This document shows, in pieces, positions 47,190 to 58,985 of a DNA stretch of 64,000 bases. Both the position numbers and the translations under genes were made by a program. Origin of the DNA: Camelus ferus (lineage: Eukaryota); assembly GCF_009834535.1 (NCBI RefSeq), contig NC_045697.1, positions 2,358,001-2,422,000 of the forward strand, written 5' to 3'. The notes below the pieces were generated by a model. That model ran no database searches, was not told the origin of the DNA, and saw only the letters and a list, made by a program, of their open reading frames with translations. Every line of letters starts with the position of its first letter. The stretch's first letter is position 1.

Positions 47190-49040
47190 AGAGGAATCAT
47201 GATTATGTATCATTTTATAATGATTTAGGGGTCAATTCAACAAGAAGGTGTAAAAATCCTAAATATATATGTACCTAATAACAAAACTTAAAAAAATAAA
47301 ACAAAAGATAAATACATGATAGAACTGAATGGAGAAACAGAAAATACACAATGACCTGAGACTTCTACACCCTCTTCTAAATAATTGATAGAACAAGTGC
47401 ACAGAAAATAAGCGAGGATGTAGAAGACCAACTTGACATAATTGACATCTATAGGCCCTCCGTGCAGCCACAGCAGAATTCACATTCTTTTCCAGTGTCA
47501 GAGAACAATGACAATGATGGACCCTACTCTGGGTCATTAAACAAGTATCAGTACTTTAAAATTATACAAAGTATGTTCTCTGACCACAATGGAATTAAAT
47601 CAAGAATCAATAGGAGAAAAATACTTGAAAAGAATCCCCAGATATTTGGAAACTAAATAGCACATTTCTTAATAAAGCATAGGTTGAAGAAAAAAATTAA
47701 AAGGGGAAATTAGAAGGAAAATAAAAAGACACTATATTAAAAGTTTGGAAATGCTGCTAATGCAGTGCTTAGAGAGAAATTTATATACTACATGCCCAGA
47801 TAAGAAAAGAAGAAAGGTTTCCAGTCAATGATCTCAGATCTCACCTTAGGAAACTAGAAAAAGAAAATAAAATTAGGCTCAAATTGGGCAGGAAAGAATA
47901 AATAATGAAGAGCAGAGCGGAAATCAATGAAATAGAAAACAGAAAACCAACAGAGAAAATCAGTGAAACCACAACTGGTTCTTCAAGAAGATCAATAAAG
48001 TTGAGTAGCCGGCCAAGGAGAAGAAGAAGGCTCATCAGAGGAGACACACGTCGCCAATATCAGGAATGAGATAGGCGAGTCGCTGCGGATGCACAGACAC
48101 TGAAAGGATAACTGGGAAATATTATGAACAACCTTACAGTACATTTGCCTCCTAGGTGAAATGGACAAATTCATCAAAAGATAAAACTACCAAAGCTCAT
48201 TCAAGAAGAAACACATAATCTGAATAGTCCTATTTCTCTCTCTTTTTTTTTGGTAGTGGTGGTAGTGGGGAATTAGGTTCTTTATTTGTTTGTTTGTTTG
48301 TTTAAATAGAGGTATTGGGGATTGAACCCAGGGCCTTGTGCATACTAAGCATGCACTCTACCACTGAGCTATACCCTCCCTGCTAAATAGTCCTATTTCA
48401 ATTAAAGAAAATGGAGTTGTAGTTAAACACCTTCCTGCAAAGGAAAGTGCAGGCTCAGATGATTTCACCAATGTTTGAATTGTACCAAACATTTCAATTA
48501 AAAATAATACCAATTCTACACAAACTCTTCTAGGAAATAAAGGAGAAGAGAGACCACTTTGCAATTAATCCTTTGAAACCAGGATTACCCTGATACTAAA
48601 TCAAAGACAGTACAGTATCAGATAGGTTAATATCTCCCATTAACACAGATGTAAGAATGTTCTAACAAAACTTTAGCAAGTTGAATCCAATAATGTATAA
48701 ATAGGATAGTACATCATGACCAAGTGGGTTTTACCCTAGGAACGTAAGGTTGGTTTAACATTCAAAAATCAATCAGTGTAACTCACTACATTGATAGACT
48801 GTAGAAGAAAAACTACATGCTCATCTCAATAGGTACAGAGAAGGCATTTGACAAAATCCAACATCATTCCTAACTTAAAAAAACACTCTTAGTGAATTAG
48901 GAATTGGGGGATTCCCTCAACCTGGCGAATTGGCATTTGGGAGACTCTAAGCTAACATCACGCTTAGTGTGAAAGGCTGAGTGCTTTTCACCAGGAGCAG
49001 GGCTGGGTCGAGGATGAGCTCTCTCACTTTCAGCTTTAAC
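47190..49040 (+). mobile_element. L1M ORF2 relic (endonuclease C-terminal part to RT start), with stops and frameshifts
   Basis: AT-rich block. 48715-48864 translates to [48 protein letters not shown], the classic L1 RT motif. ttctctgaccacaatggaat (FSDHNG endonuclease motif) lies at ~47576. Confidence 0.92.
48237..48385 (-). mobile_element. tRNA-derived SINE (camelid Vic-1-like) nested in L1
   Basis: Reverse complement gggagggtatagctcagtggtagagtgcatgcttagtatgcacaaggccctgggttcaatcccc. Perfect 14-bp TSD AATAGTCCTATTTC at 48223-48236 and 48386-48399. Confidence 0.92.
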
Positions 49041-50179
49041 AAAACTGCTGCCGTGATTGCTGCAGCTCTCATTGCTGGTGTTCAAACCAAATCGCATGGC
49101 TGCCCCCGTGGGGTCCTCTCTCCTCTCGCCCGCCTTCTGCGACTGGTCCTGATAGATTTCTGGCTCCAGGCAGGCAACCTTCCTTGGCTCCCCAGGGCCC
49201 CTGACTTGCCTTAGATGAACAGCATCTCACTCTGGGCTCTCTATTAAATCGGTCAATCATTTCTAGATATTTGAGAGTCCCTTCTTCAACTAAGTTTTTA
49301 AAAGGGAGCCCTGGGCAAGCAGGTGCCCAGTAATGACTGATTTTGCAATCCACAGGGGCTCATGAACCTGTGGGCCAACTACTTCTGGCCTTGTGAGGCC
49401 GTGGTCACGCCCCTGGGCTTTGAGATGCATGAGGACTCCTGACTGCAGTGTGGCAAGCCGGCTGGGCAGCGGCAGCGAAGGTGGGAGTGGGGGCAGGGGA
49501 TAACTGTGGACACCATTGGCCAGAGTGCCAAGGAAACTCTAGGCAGAGGGGTGCAAGAGTTCAGAAGTTCCTTCCATGGGAGGAGGTGAGTAGCACTGCA
49601 CAGAACGGGCGCAGTTTACACTGGCTGGAAGGGGGCTGTGATTCAGCAGGTGAGAGGGATGTTCTAAGAGGAAGGAAGTCTGTAAATGGAACACGTGGCC
49701 AAGCCCCACAGAGGGAACGGTGTGGCCAAGGTTGGCCCCTTCTGGGATGAAGGGGTGAGGGTTACTCACAAGGGTCATCCAACTATGAGGAAGAACAGCA
49801 TCTTTTGCCCAAGAGCCATGTAGCATGGGGAGCCAGATGGTCACTGTTCATATTCCCATGTGGCTATTCTTGTTCAAACACTCACTACCGGGTCATATCT
49901 CCCACTCAGTGATCTCAGGAGGGCAGACACAGCTTCCTGTGTCCAATGTAAGGTGGGTGGCGGTGACGTGTCCCTCTTCAGAGCAGAAGCTTGAATTTCT
50001 CTCTTTCCCTTGCCACACCCCACATGTGGCTGCCCATCAGCCTGGGAGCTGGGATGAAGGTGACACATGTGCAGTTGGAACAAAATGTAGGCTTTCATTG
50101 CTACAGGCCACCAGGAGTGGGTGGGACTGTTTGTCACTGCAGCGTGACTCAGCCTGCGCTGCCTGAGACACCCAGCTTC

Positions 50180-50335
50180 ACAGTCACGTAAACAATCTGG
50201 CCCCAACTTTCCCAACAGTAAAATGGGGTCATGACAGACCCATCCCTGAGGGTAAGTGTGAGGATGAACAGCTTCTGATATGTAAAGCACTTAGCGTGGT
50301 ACCCAGCGTGAAGTAAATGCTGTTAGCAAGAAATA
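50180..50335 (+). mobile_element. MIR fragment
   Basis: aactttcccaacagtaaaatgggg...gtgaggatgaa...atgtaaagcacttagcgtggtacccagcgtgaagtaaatgct. Confidence 0.6.
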
Positions 50336-50414
50336 ATAGCAAGAAAATTTGCTCTTTTTTGTCAAGAGCTCAGCCTCCATTTGGCTTACCTCAGTTCAGA
50401 GACCCATCCATACA

Positions 50415-50600
50415 AACATTTTCCAAACTGCAACCCTCATACAACATTCTTCCTTAGGAGACTAACAGATGTGCTGTGAAAAATGTATCTGCGTTCAGAA
50501 ATTTGGAAAATTCTGAGTTAAACCAAATTAAATAGTTGATTTTCATTGCCGGGCTTCTCAGAGCCTTTAATACGCTAATGCACCTTTGAATTTCCAAGAG
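50415..50600. mobile_element. MER103-like hAT-Charlie element
   Basis: atttggaaaattctgagttaaaccaaattaaatag...cttctcagagcctttaatacgctaatg...gaatttccaagag. Confidence 0.65.
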
Positions 50601-50627
50601 ACTGTTTCCCCGAAGGTGTGATCACGA

Positions 50628-50739
50628 GTGCGTGAATATGTGTGCACACGCGTGCGTGTATGTTGTGTGCACACGCGTGCGTGTGCGCGTATGTTGTGTG
50701 CACATGCGTGCGTGTGCGTGTGCGCGCGCACACACGTGT
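50628..50739. repeat. Alternating purine-pyrimidine minisatellite (about 3 copies of tgtgtgcacacgcgtgcgtgt-type unit)
   Basis: Read directly; CpG-rich RY alternation. Confidence 0.9.
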
Positions 50740-53700
50740 CACGCTGTAACTTCGCCCAGGGCTGTGTTCTGTGGAACCAATATGGAAAAGGCGGGCTTTC
50801 TAGCCACGCGGCGGAGGGATCCTTGGCCAGCTCAGGGGTCTCTGAAGATGACGGTCCTGGGGGAGGAACCAGCTGTTACAGAAGTTTGGAACGGGCTCAC
50901 AGGACAGTGCTCGCAGCTCTGGGCTGAGTGCACTTCGCAGGGAGAGAAGCCCGCGGGAGCAGGTGAGAGCCGGGCTGAGCCCTCCTCCCGTTCAGGGCCA
51001 GGCAGGGGCTGCAGCAACCCTGGAGGGTGGAAGGGGTCCCGGAAGCCATGCAGGGAGGGTGTGGGTGTCTGGGACCAGCGGGGAGAAGTGCTCTCCAGGA
51101 CTCAGGGGCTGGAGGAGTGGGTGAGCCCGGGGCGCTGGGCGTAGGGGCTCAGCCTGACCCAGGAGCAGAGTGAGGGAGGGGGGACAAAGGTGGGGGGAGG
51201 AGGGAGGACGGGGATGCGTGAAGGAGCAGCAGGGAGCGGGCGGAGGAGAGGGTAGTTTCAGGGCTGGGAGACCTGCGCCTCTGTATTTCCAGAAGGAGGG
51301 GGTGATTGAAGGCACAATCAGGATAGGGAAGGGGTTGGAGGCTTAGGGAGACAGGATAGGGAAGGGGTTGGGGGCTTAGACCTTCCAGATGCTCGCTGGG
51401 CCAGGTGGCTGCAGGGGGCAGCACAGGGCTGGTTCCTGCCTCTGGGTGCTGGTCCATCTTCTGCTGCCCAGAGCCTGAGGCCGCCCAACTCACAAAGTCT
51501 GGCTTGTTCCCTTGCTTTTGGCAAGTGGCTGGGGCCGTAGCTAATTGGATCTGTGAGTTTGGTGCGGCTGTTTACAGAAAGCTTTTAGACCCCAGGACAG
51601 GATGGAAATTGGATTTCAGGCTCCTGGCTTAAAGATGCTCCCTGATTCCTGACTCCCATTCTGCCTGTGTATGGGGAGCTTGGGCAGCTGCCTCTGTGCG
51701 GAGCAGATTATAAACGATGTGTCCATTTCATACCCAGCGCAGGCCAGGTCAATGCCAGGGGCTCAAGTTTTCCAGCATCTCTCATCTCTGAGCAAATCCA
51801 TTTTGCTTACAGGAGCCACTGGGCTCCAGGCTGGCCCGAGACTGGCGGTCATTGGAGAATTTCCTCCGATGAGAACACTAGGCTTGGGTTGCACATGTGG
51901 GTCTGCAGGGCCCCGTAGGGCAGACCTCTGGGCTGAGCCACCAGAAGGGGCCCAAGCTGGTCTTGGCAAAGACACTTTAAATGTGCCAGCTGGAGTCTTG
52001 GAGACCTTCTCCAAGTGAGACTCCTGGACTGTGATTGTGTGTTCGCTCCATTCTTTCTCATTTCAGCAGAGAACCGCCTCCTGCAGGAATCCCTTGCTGA
52101 GTTTTCTCTCTTCCCTGACCTGTCACCATGGGGACGTTCACTGACTCAGATGCAGGCTGTCCAGGGCCACCGTTCTCTTCTCAGGTGGGAGAGGTTCCCA
52201 AGGGTCACTAGGACATTTTTCCCTGGTGGAGACCTCTCTGTCTCTCTGGAGACACCCCTTGAGCCTACAGAGGCAGAGAGGGGGTCTCCAGGGATGACAG
52301 GGGCTGGAACGGATGGAGAAAGAGAGGGAAGGGGGTGAGCTGCCCCCACTACCTGCCTGGAGGGCCAGGCCTGGCCGCACTCTCTCCAGGTCCCATGAGA
52401 AACTTCCAGCTAGGTACGCTCTATGACGCCATTGGAAAGGGAGAAACGGAGGCCCAGGAGGGAGGAGATCTGGCCAAGGCTCTTGTGCAGCAGCAGCAGG
52501 ACGCGCTTCCTGCCCCAGGGGCCTCCCAGGGGCCTCCCAGAGCCTTGGCTCTGCCCCCATCCACTGGGCGCCTTTGTGCAGAGGACCAGCTACCAGTCAA
52601 TGTGGCCCCATCTTCCAGGTACAAACACTGAGTGGACAGTGATGTGGCTCAGGGGACAGGGTCACAGCAAGGACCAGACCCCAAGGCCTGCAGGGGCTTG
52701 TCCCCGGGACACACTCAGATGTATGCATTCAGACACATGTGCCCAGTGCAGGGCACTGCGTGCCATCTGGAATTATTCAAATATACAGTGATGCTATCAA
52801 TATGATTAGCCGTACTTTGTGAGCAGAGCTTCAAATAATCGAATCTGGGGGCAAGTCGCTTTACCTTCCTGACTTCAGTCATCTCTGCAGACCAAGCTTC
52901 AGAAGACCCCCCACAGGGCTCACAGCAGCAGCAATCATCTAAGAAAGGAAGCTGGAAGCCACGCAGGCCAGGGACGCCAAAGGCCAGCCTTCGTGTATCC
53001 TCATCAGAGTCGCCATCTGCCAAGCACCTGCTGCTCGCCCAGGGCTGGCCGTGAGCCAGGCGTCCCCGGCCGCTCTCGAGGGTCTCATGGGGTCCCTGGG
53101 ATGCACATTCTGGGCACCAGAAAATGTGCCTGTTCAAACAGGCTCAGATTCAGCTGCGAGGCAAGAGGAGTTCAGGATGGGACGTGAAGTCAGTGGGAAT
53201 GGCCACCTCTCACTCTGCCAACACTAGTGTCTCCCCCACCTTTGAAGTCAGCAAGATGGGGATCAATGGAGAGAACGGCTCGTTCATTCGCTCACTCGTG
53301 CCGCACTGCCCTGCTCTGCGTGGAGCCTGGCCCTCCGCGGGGGAGCCAGGGCAGTCCTTGCCCGCAGGAGTCCTGACCCCCTCTACCCGCTCCAGCAAAG
53401 CGGCGTTGGAAAGGACGGGCTGCCACGCAGAGGGACCGAGGTGCCAGTACCCAAGGCCACGGCGAAGCGCCTAAGACGACCGACCCAGAAAAATGGAACT
53501 TGAGTTGGCAAGAGGATACCTCGTAGAAATGCACAGGCAAAGGTGAGAGAGGCTTTCCCACGTGTGCGCCCATCCGACGGAAACACCCCTGCGCGCCGGA
53601 AACGGACGCGCCGCAGCCGGCTACTTCAGTTACAACAAAGAGCGGAGCTGGGGCGGTGAGACCACAGGCAACTCCCTTCTCGCTCCCCCCCCCCCCCACC

Positions 53701-55159
53701 CCGGGCCCTCCATCCTCTCCCGCCAACAAGGCTCACGGTGGCAGCGGGGGCGGGGAGGTGTTTGCGCAGGGGCAGGAGGCGTCGCTGCAGAGCTGCCTGA
53801 GTTGAGCTGCAGGCTCAGGAGGTGAGGCGGTCCTCCGGGGAGAAGTGCCCCTGGGTTGGGAGGACCCGTCCCACTGGGGCTGCGCGGGGGCCAGGTGTCC
53901 CGGCTGGTGGGGGCGGCAGAGACAGGAGAGGCAGGAAGCTGTTCTCACAGGGAAAGACCAGGAATTTGGGGTGACCCTGGCAGCCAGAGAGGGGCGGGAA
54001 GGGGGCTGGGAGGAAGGGAAATGCCACAGAGCTGACTCTGGAGGGCAAGCTGACCCTCCAGGACAGCAAGAGAGGCCAGGGAGCAGCTGGAGGCCAGGGC
54101 CCGAGGAGGTGAGGCTCTCCCCACTGCACCCCAGTGACCCCAAACCTTCAGCAAAGCCTTCCAGGGGCAGCCCAGGCAGGTGTGTCTGGGGGTCATGAGA
54201 GGAGTCTGTCTGCAGGGTGATGTGGGATGAGGATGGGGGGCCAGCAGCAGGGTGGAGGCAGTGAGCTGGGCGAGCAGGTGTGGGTGTCCCCCCTCACCCT
54301 CAGGATCCTTAGAAATCCGGTGCCCCAGCCAGACCACAGGGCCTCTGCCAGGAACCTGTGCCCGGTAACACCGCGGCGGGCGGCCTGGAGCTGCACTGGC
54401 CTTGAGGGGGACCTCCTTCCTGGAGAGGACCCTGTGGGGAGCAGAGGGGATGTGGTAAGGAGAGCCTCCCCCTGGAAAGGCTGCCTGGCCCAGGGCTCAC
54501 TCACCATCAACTCTGCTCGCCTGTCCCTACCCGGCCCGCATCAGGCCCCGGGAGCCCTTGAGACTTAGCCTCCAGGAGATGAGCCAGTTAAAAAAAAAAA
54601 AAAAGATCAGGAATCGAAGATGCTTGCTGCCTGGAACTGTGCAGGGATGATGAATAATAAATGTCATTCTTTTTCTGGAGGTGACAGCTCAAAACTGTGA
54701 TTTAGTAATTGCCCGCACGTGCCTATGTTTAATCCTTCGGAAGGTCCTACAAGTGGCTCATGTCATCATGCTGGGTTTTTAGAGGGACAGAGAAGAATCG
54801 AGGACAGGGTGGGACGGGCCTGGGGGCCCCCTGAGGGGTCCTCAGATGGCTCAAGTGCCAAGTGTTGGGTCCCACCCACAATCCTGGTCTCACTGCTCAT
54901 CCTTTTCAGAGATGAGGAAACTGGGGCCCAGAGAAGTTGAGTCACCTGCCCAAAGACCCACAGCAAAAATAGCGACCCAAGATTCCATCCTAAGACCGTC
55001 TCACCCCAAAACCTGTGCTCAGCCTTTAAATTTAGCACAAACAAGAGGAGGAAGCCCAGGACAACACCGCCTCCCTGCTGGCCCCCAAATGGAGACCCCA
55101 CTTGGCCACCCCAGAGGCCGAGACTCCCAGCCCCCTGAGTTTCCTACTGGACAATGGAA

Positions 55160-55333
55160 TGAACCAGATTCATCAGATGAAGATATAGGACACCCAGTCA
55201 AATTTCAATTTCAGATAAACAATGACTCAATCTTAAGGGTATCCCATGCAATATTAGGAAATACACTAAAAGTGTATTATCGCTTATCTGAAATTAAAAC
55301 TTACCTGGGCATCCCTTTTTGTCTGGTGACCCT
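55160..55333. mobile_element. MER53 palindromic hAT MITE
   Basis: The left arm ggacacccagtcaaatttcaatttcagataa pairs with the right arm ttatctgaaattaaaacttacctgggcatcc. Centre tcccatgcaatattaggaa; end tctggtgaccct. Confidence 0.8.
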
Positions 55334-56919
55334 GTTAGGAGTAAGGCTGGAGGGAGCACTGGTGAAGGGAGCACTGGTGAAGGGACCACTTTCGGGGGGT
55401 GGGGAGTTCTCTGGGCAGCTGGGGGGCCGAGCGTGAGGCACGCTTCCTCCGTGTGGATCTGTGGCCCTCTGCTCCGGCCGGCTCCTCCCGCTGGTCCCAC
55501 CCTGTCACTGGATGGTGACAGGGGTGGAGTGCCTGTCCCTCCCGGGGAGCCCGGCGCCCGGTCTGTGGGAACATCCTTGTTTCCACATCACCTCTTTCAG
55601 CCCAGGGCAACCCAGGGGGGACAGTTTTTATTGTCACAGTTATTCTCACCCTCCGTTTTTGCAGAGGGGACACCAGAACTCAGGACGTGGAGGGCATGGC
55701 TCAGTTGACATCCCACAGCAGGGAGGGGCACCCGGCTGCGCCCCCAGATGGGAGGCTCCAGGACAGGCACCCGGGCTGGGGGCGGGGCTGGCTGGCTGCG
55801 CGATCCTGGAGCCAACTTGTTCCCTGCTGACGGGGGCGGGGTGGGGGTGGGGGGTTTCCTGGGAGACACACCTGCCACTGCTTTGTGTTTCACAATGAAA
55901 CAGGGGAGGTTACTGACTTCGAAGCCAGAGAAACAAGTGGAAAACAGAGCAGCAAGGGATGCTTTCCAGCACTTAATTCTACAAAATAGACTGCCCACAG
56001 GCAGTAATGGGGTAAGAGCGGCTCCCTCCTCGTGGCCCTCCTCGGACTCTGGGTTCTCTGAGCAGGGGAGGGCGGGACCCTGGCCCCGGGGAGGGAGCCA
56101 GCTTCCCTCCTCCCTCCCTTCTCCGCTGGAGAGCAGCAGCCTGGCTGTTCTGGAATCAAGTTCCACCCCCGCCTCGGTTTACACGTCTCTGGGGGAAAAG
56201 GAGAAACAGACAGTGGGACGCCGACAGTGTACCCAGAGCCTGATGGACCCTGCAACCCCTGTAACAGGAGGCACCGCAGGTCTTCACCCCAAAGCCCTGA
56301 CACCCCAGTCTCCTTTTTGTCCCTTTTCTTAATGATCCATTAGGCAGCAGAACCTGTCCTACGCTGACGTGTGACAATCTGCTGTCTGCTTGGTCCACTC
56401 CGCGTGCCTCTCCGAGCTTTGCTGCAAGGCTGTGTGCATGTGTGTCTGGTTGTGAGGGTCCCCATCCCCCATAGTGAAACGTGTCCAGGGTGCACAGTGG
56501 CCTTTGTAAAGACTGAGCTCTGAAGCCCACCTGCCCAGGGCCTCTTGGACCTGGGTGTCGTCTCCATGCTGAGCCCAGACGGAAGGCACCCTGCTCCCAG
56601 AATCCTCCGAGCTGCGGCTCAGGCGGCCACCCGGCTGGACGGTGCTGGTCACGTGGGGACCGGCAAGTCTGGGCTGGTGGAACCATAGGCCTGTGGGTCA
56701 GCGACAGCACGGGGTGGTAGGGGCGATCCCTGAGGCTGGGGTGGGGGTCTCGTCTCAGGCTTTAGCCAAGACTGGAAGGGGCAGTGGGGCAGGAAGTCCT
56801 GGGTTCAGGTCAGGGCCAGAGGGGACTCCTCCCACAGTGGGGGTGACCATAATTATGATAAAAACAAGTAGAACTGCTCCTGACTGAGGGCCACCCACCC
56901 TGGTGCCAGAGCTTCCTAT

Positions 56920-56938
56920 GGGCCACCAGGTGGCTGCT
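56920..56938 (+). promoter_or_regulatory. Candidate CTCF site
   Basis: GGGCCACCAGGTGGCTGCT closely matches the CTCF core consensus (GGCCACCAGGKGGC). Motif match only. Confidence 0.45.
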
Positions 56939-57599
56939 CGTGGGCCCCCCCAACCCCCAGCATCCTTGACCACATTGTGCACTCAGCTTCAGGCCCGCTG
57001 TCCCTCTCAGCCAGCCACCCTGCACCCTGGTTGGAGGGTGGCCTTCAGGCTGTCAGAGCCTGCTTCACCTGTGCAGAGAGTGGGCGGTGTCTGGGAGGCC
57101 CTGAGAGCTCCCCCAGCCCACCCACCCACCCAGGCGGCAGACATCCGGGACAGAAGGGTACAAAATAAATCCTCAGGCTTCTTGGCCTGGGGCGCCCTGG
57201 GTGGGAGCCCCGTGGGACGGTGCAGACCCCCAGCTAACTCTGCAGTCCTAACAGTTTTATCTTTGCCTTTGTGTTTTGTGAGTGAATTTCCCAGGACATA
57301 GAGCACACGTGTGGGGCCAGCTCACGGGGTCCTGCCTCCCGCCACCTTCAGACTGGCAGGGTTGGGTTCTGGCTGCCCACCCTCTGCCCTGCCTGGTGAC
57401 CCCTCCCTGTCCCCCGGGCAGGACCTGGTGCTGGTGCGGAGGCTCCAGATTGGTCATCCCCAGTCACGGGGCAGGGGGGCTCTGGGGTCTGCATTCACCC
57501 CTCAGAAGCCCCTTGTCCCACTGATGACACTGAGCAGCAACTGGAAACTTCAAGACAGGCCAGGAGAGAGTTTCTGAGGAGACAGGTTTTTCCCCCGCC

Positions 57600-57935
57600 T
57601 TTTTAAAAAATTGAGGTAACACTGATTTACAGTGCTCTGTAAGTTTCACGTGTACGACAGTATATTTCTACTTCCACGTACACAACAGCGGGCTCGCCAC
57701 CAAGCATCCAGTTTCCATACGTCACCAGGCAGTTGGCCCCCTAACCCGTTTCGCCCCTCCCACCCTTCTCGTCTGGTAGCCACTACTCTGTTCTCTGTAT
57801 CTGCCTGTTTTTGTTTGGTTTGGTCTGATGGTTCATTCACTTTTTTACGTCCCACCTGTGGGTGAAATCACACGGTGTTTGCCTTTTTCCACCTGCCTTG
57901 CTTCGCTTAGCAGGCGTCCCTCGAGGCCCCCATCT
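57600..57935 (-). mobile_element. L1 (L1MA-type, laurasiatherian) 3'UTR fragment
   Basis: aattgaggtaacactgatttaca...ctggtagccactactctgttctctgtatctg...cccacctgtgggtgaaatcacacggtgtttg. Confidence 0.75.
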
Positions 57936-58184
57936 TCCTGCCTTTGGTCGGGCGCACCTTCACTTACGCTGGGCGGCGAAGCGCGAGACCCCTTCCCTAC
58001 GCGCCTCCCGCGCCCTTCCCCTTGCCCGCTGGCTCTCTGGGTCTCCACTCAGACTCTGCCTCCTCCGGAGCCTCCCAGAACCTCTTCTGGTCTGGCCTCC
58101 ACCTCGCCCCTTCTGGCTGACGTTCTCCTGGCCTCCGCGACGTGGCCTCCTGTGCCTCTCCCCCGAGAGGCACGCTCCCTGGGG

Positions 58185-58555
58185 CACCGGCTGAGCTGCG
58201 TCTCCCAAAATCTGTCTGTTGGCGCCCTGACCCCCCAGCTCCTGGGAATGAGACTGTCCTTTCAGGCAGGGCCTTTCAAGAGGGAATTAAGGTACAATGG
58301 GGGTAATTCAGGTGTCCCTAATCCAGTCTGACTAGTGTCCTTCCAATGGGAGATCCGGACCCAGACACACACAGAGGAAGACCCTGCAACACCACAGGGA
58401 GAAGACAGCCATCTTCCAGCCCAGGAGAGAGGCCTTGGGGGTAGCAGCCCCGCCCTCACCCTGCTCTCAGACTTCCAGCCTCCAGGACTGGGAGGAAATG
58501 CGTTTCTGCTGTTGGAGCTGCTGGTCTGGCGCTCTGTGGCAGCCGACAGCTAGTG
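58185..58555 (+). mobile_element. MLT1B-like solo LTR
   Basis: ccctaatccagtctgactagtgtcctt...cagggagaagacagccatcttccagcccaggagagaggcc...cagacttccagcctccaggactg...tttctgctgtt. Confidence 0.8.
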
Positions 58556-58689
58556 CCATTGGCGGTTCAGTCTGGGGGCTTCAGGCCTGGGTGAAGACTC
58601 CTCGCGGGGATCCCCCTTGGGGACTGTCATTGCAAAGCTGGCATCGGCACATGCAGGCCATTCTCCCATCGTGACATCCTCCTCCCTTC

Positions 58690-58985
58690 AGTCCCAGCTG
58701 CCCTGGTACCCACTTGCCCAGTGGAATGAGGTGGCAGATTTTCTGAGGCTCCCAAGCTGGGTCATAAGAAGTCATGCGCCTCCCACTTGGCATATTCGAG
58801 CACTGGGCACTCAGGCCCCATCTGAGAGAAGCCCAAGCCACGTGGAGAGGCCACGTGGGGGCTCTGTAGTCAACAGCCTCGGCTGAGCCCTTCACCCCTG
58901 CCAGCGTTAGCTGCCAGCCTCCTGCCTCACCAGCTGGGACGTGCAGCCCAGTCAAGCCTTCAGATGAAGCAGCTCAGCCAGCATC
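58690..58985 (+). mobile_element. MLT1G/F-like LTR fragment
   Basis: ctgggtcataagaag...gaagcccaagccacgtggagaggccacgtgg...cagcccagtcaagccttcagatga. Confidence 0.6.
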
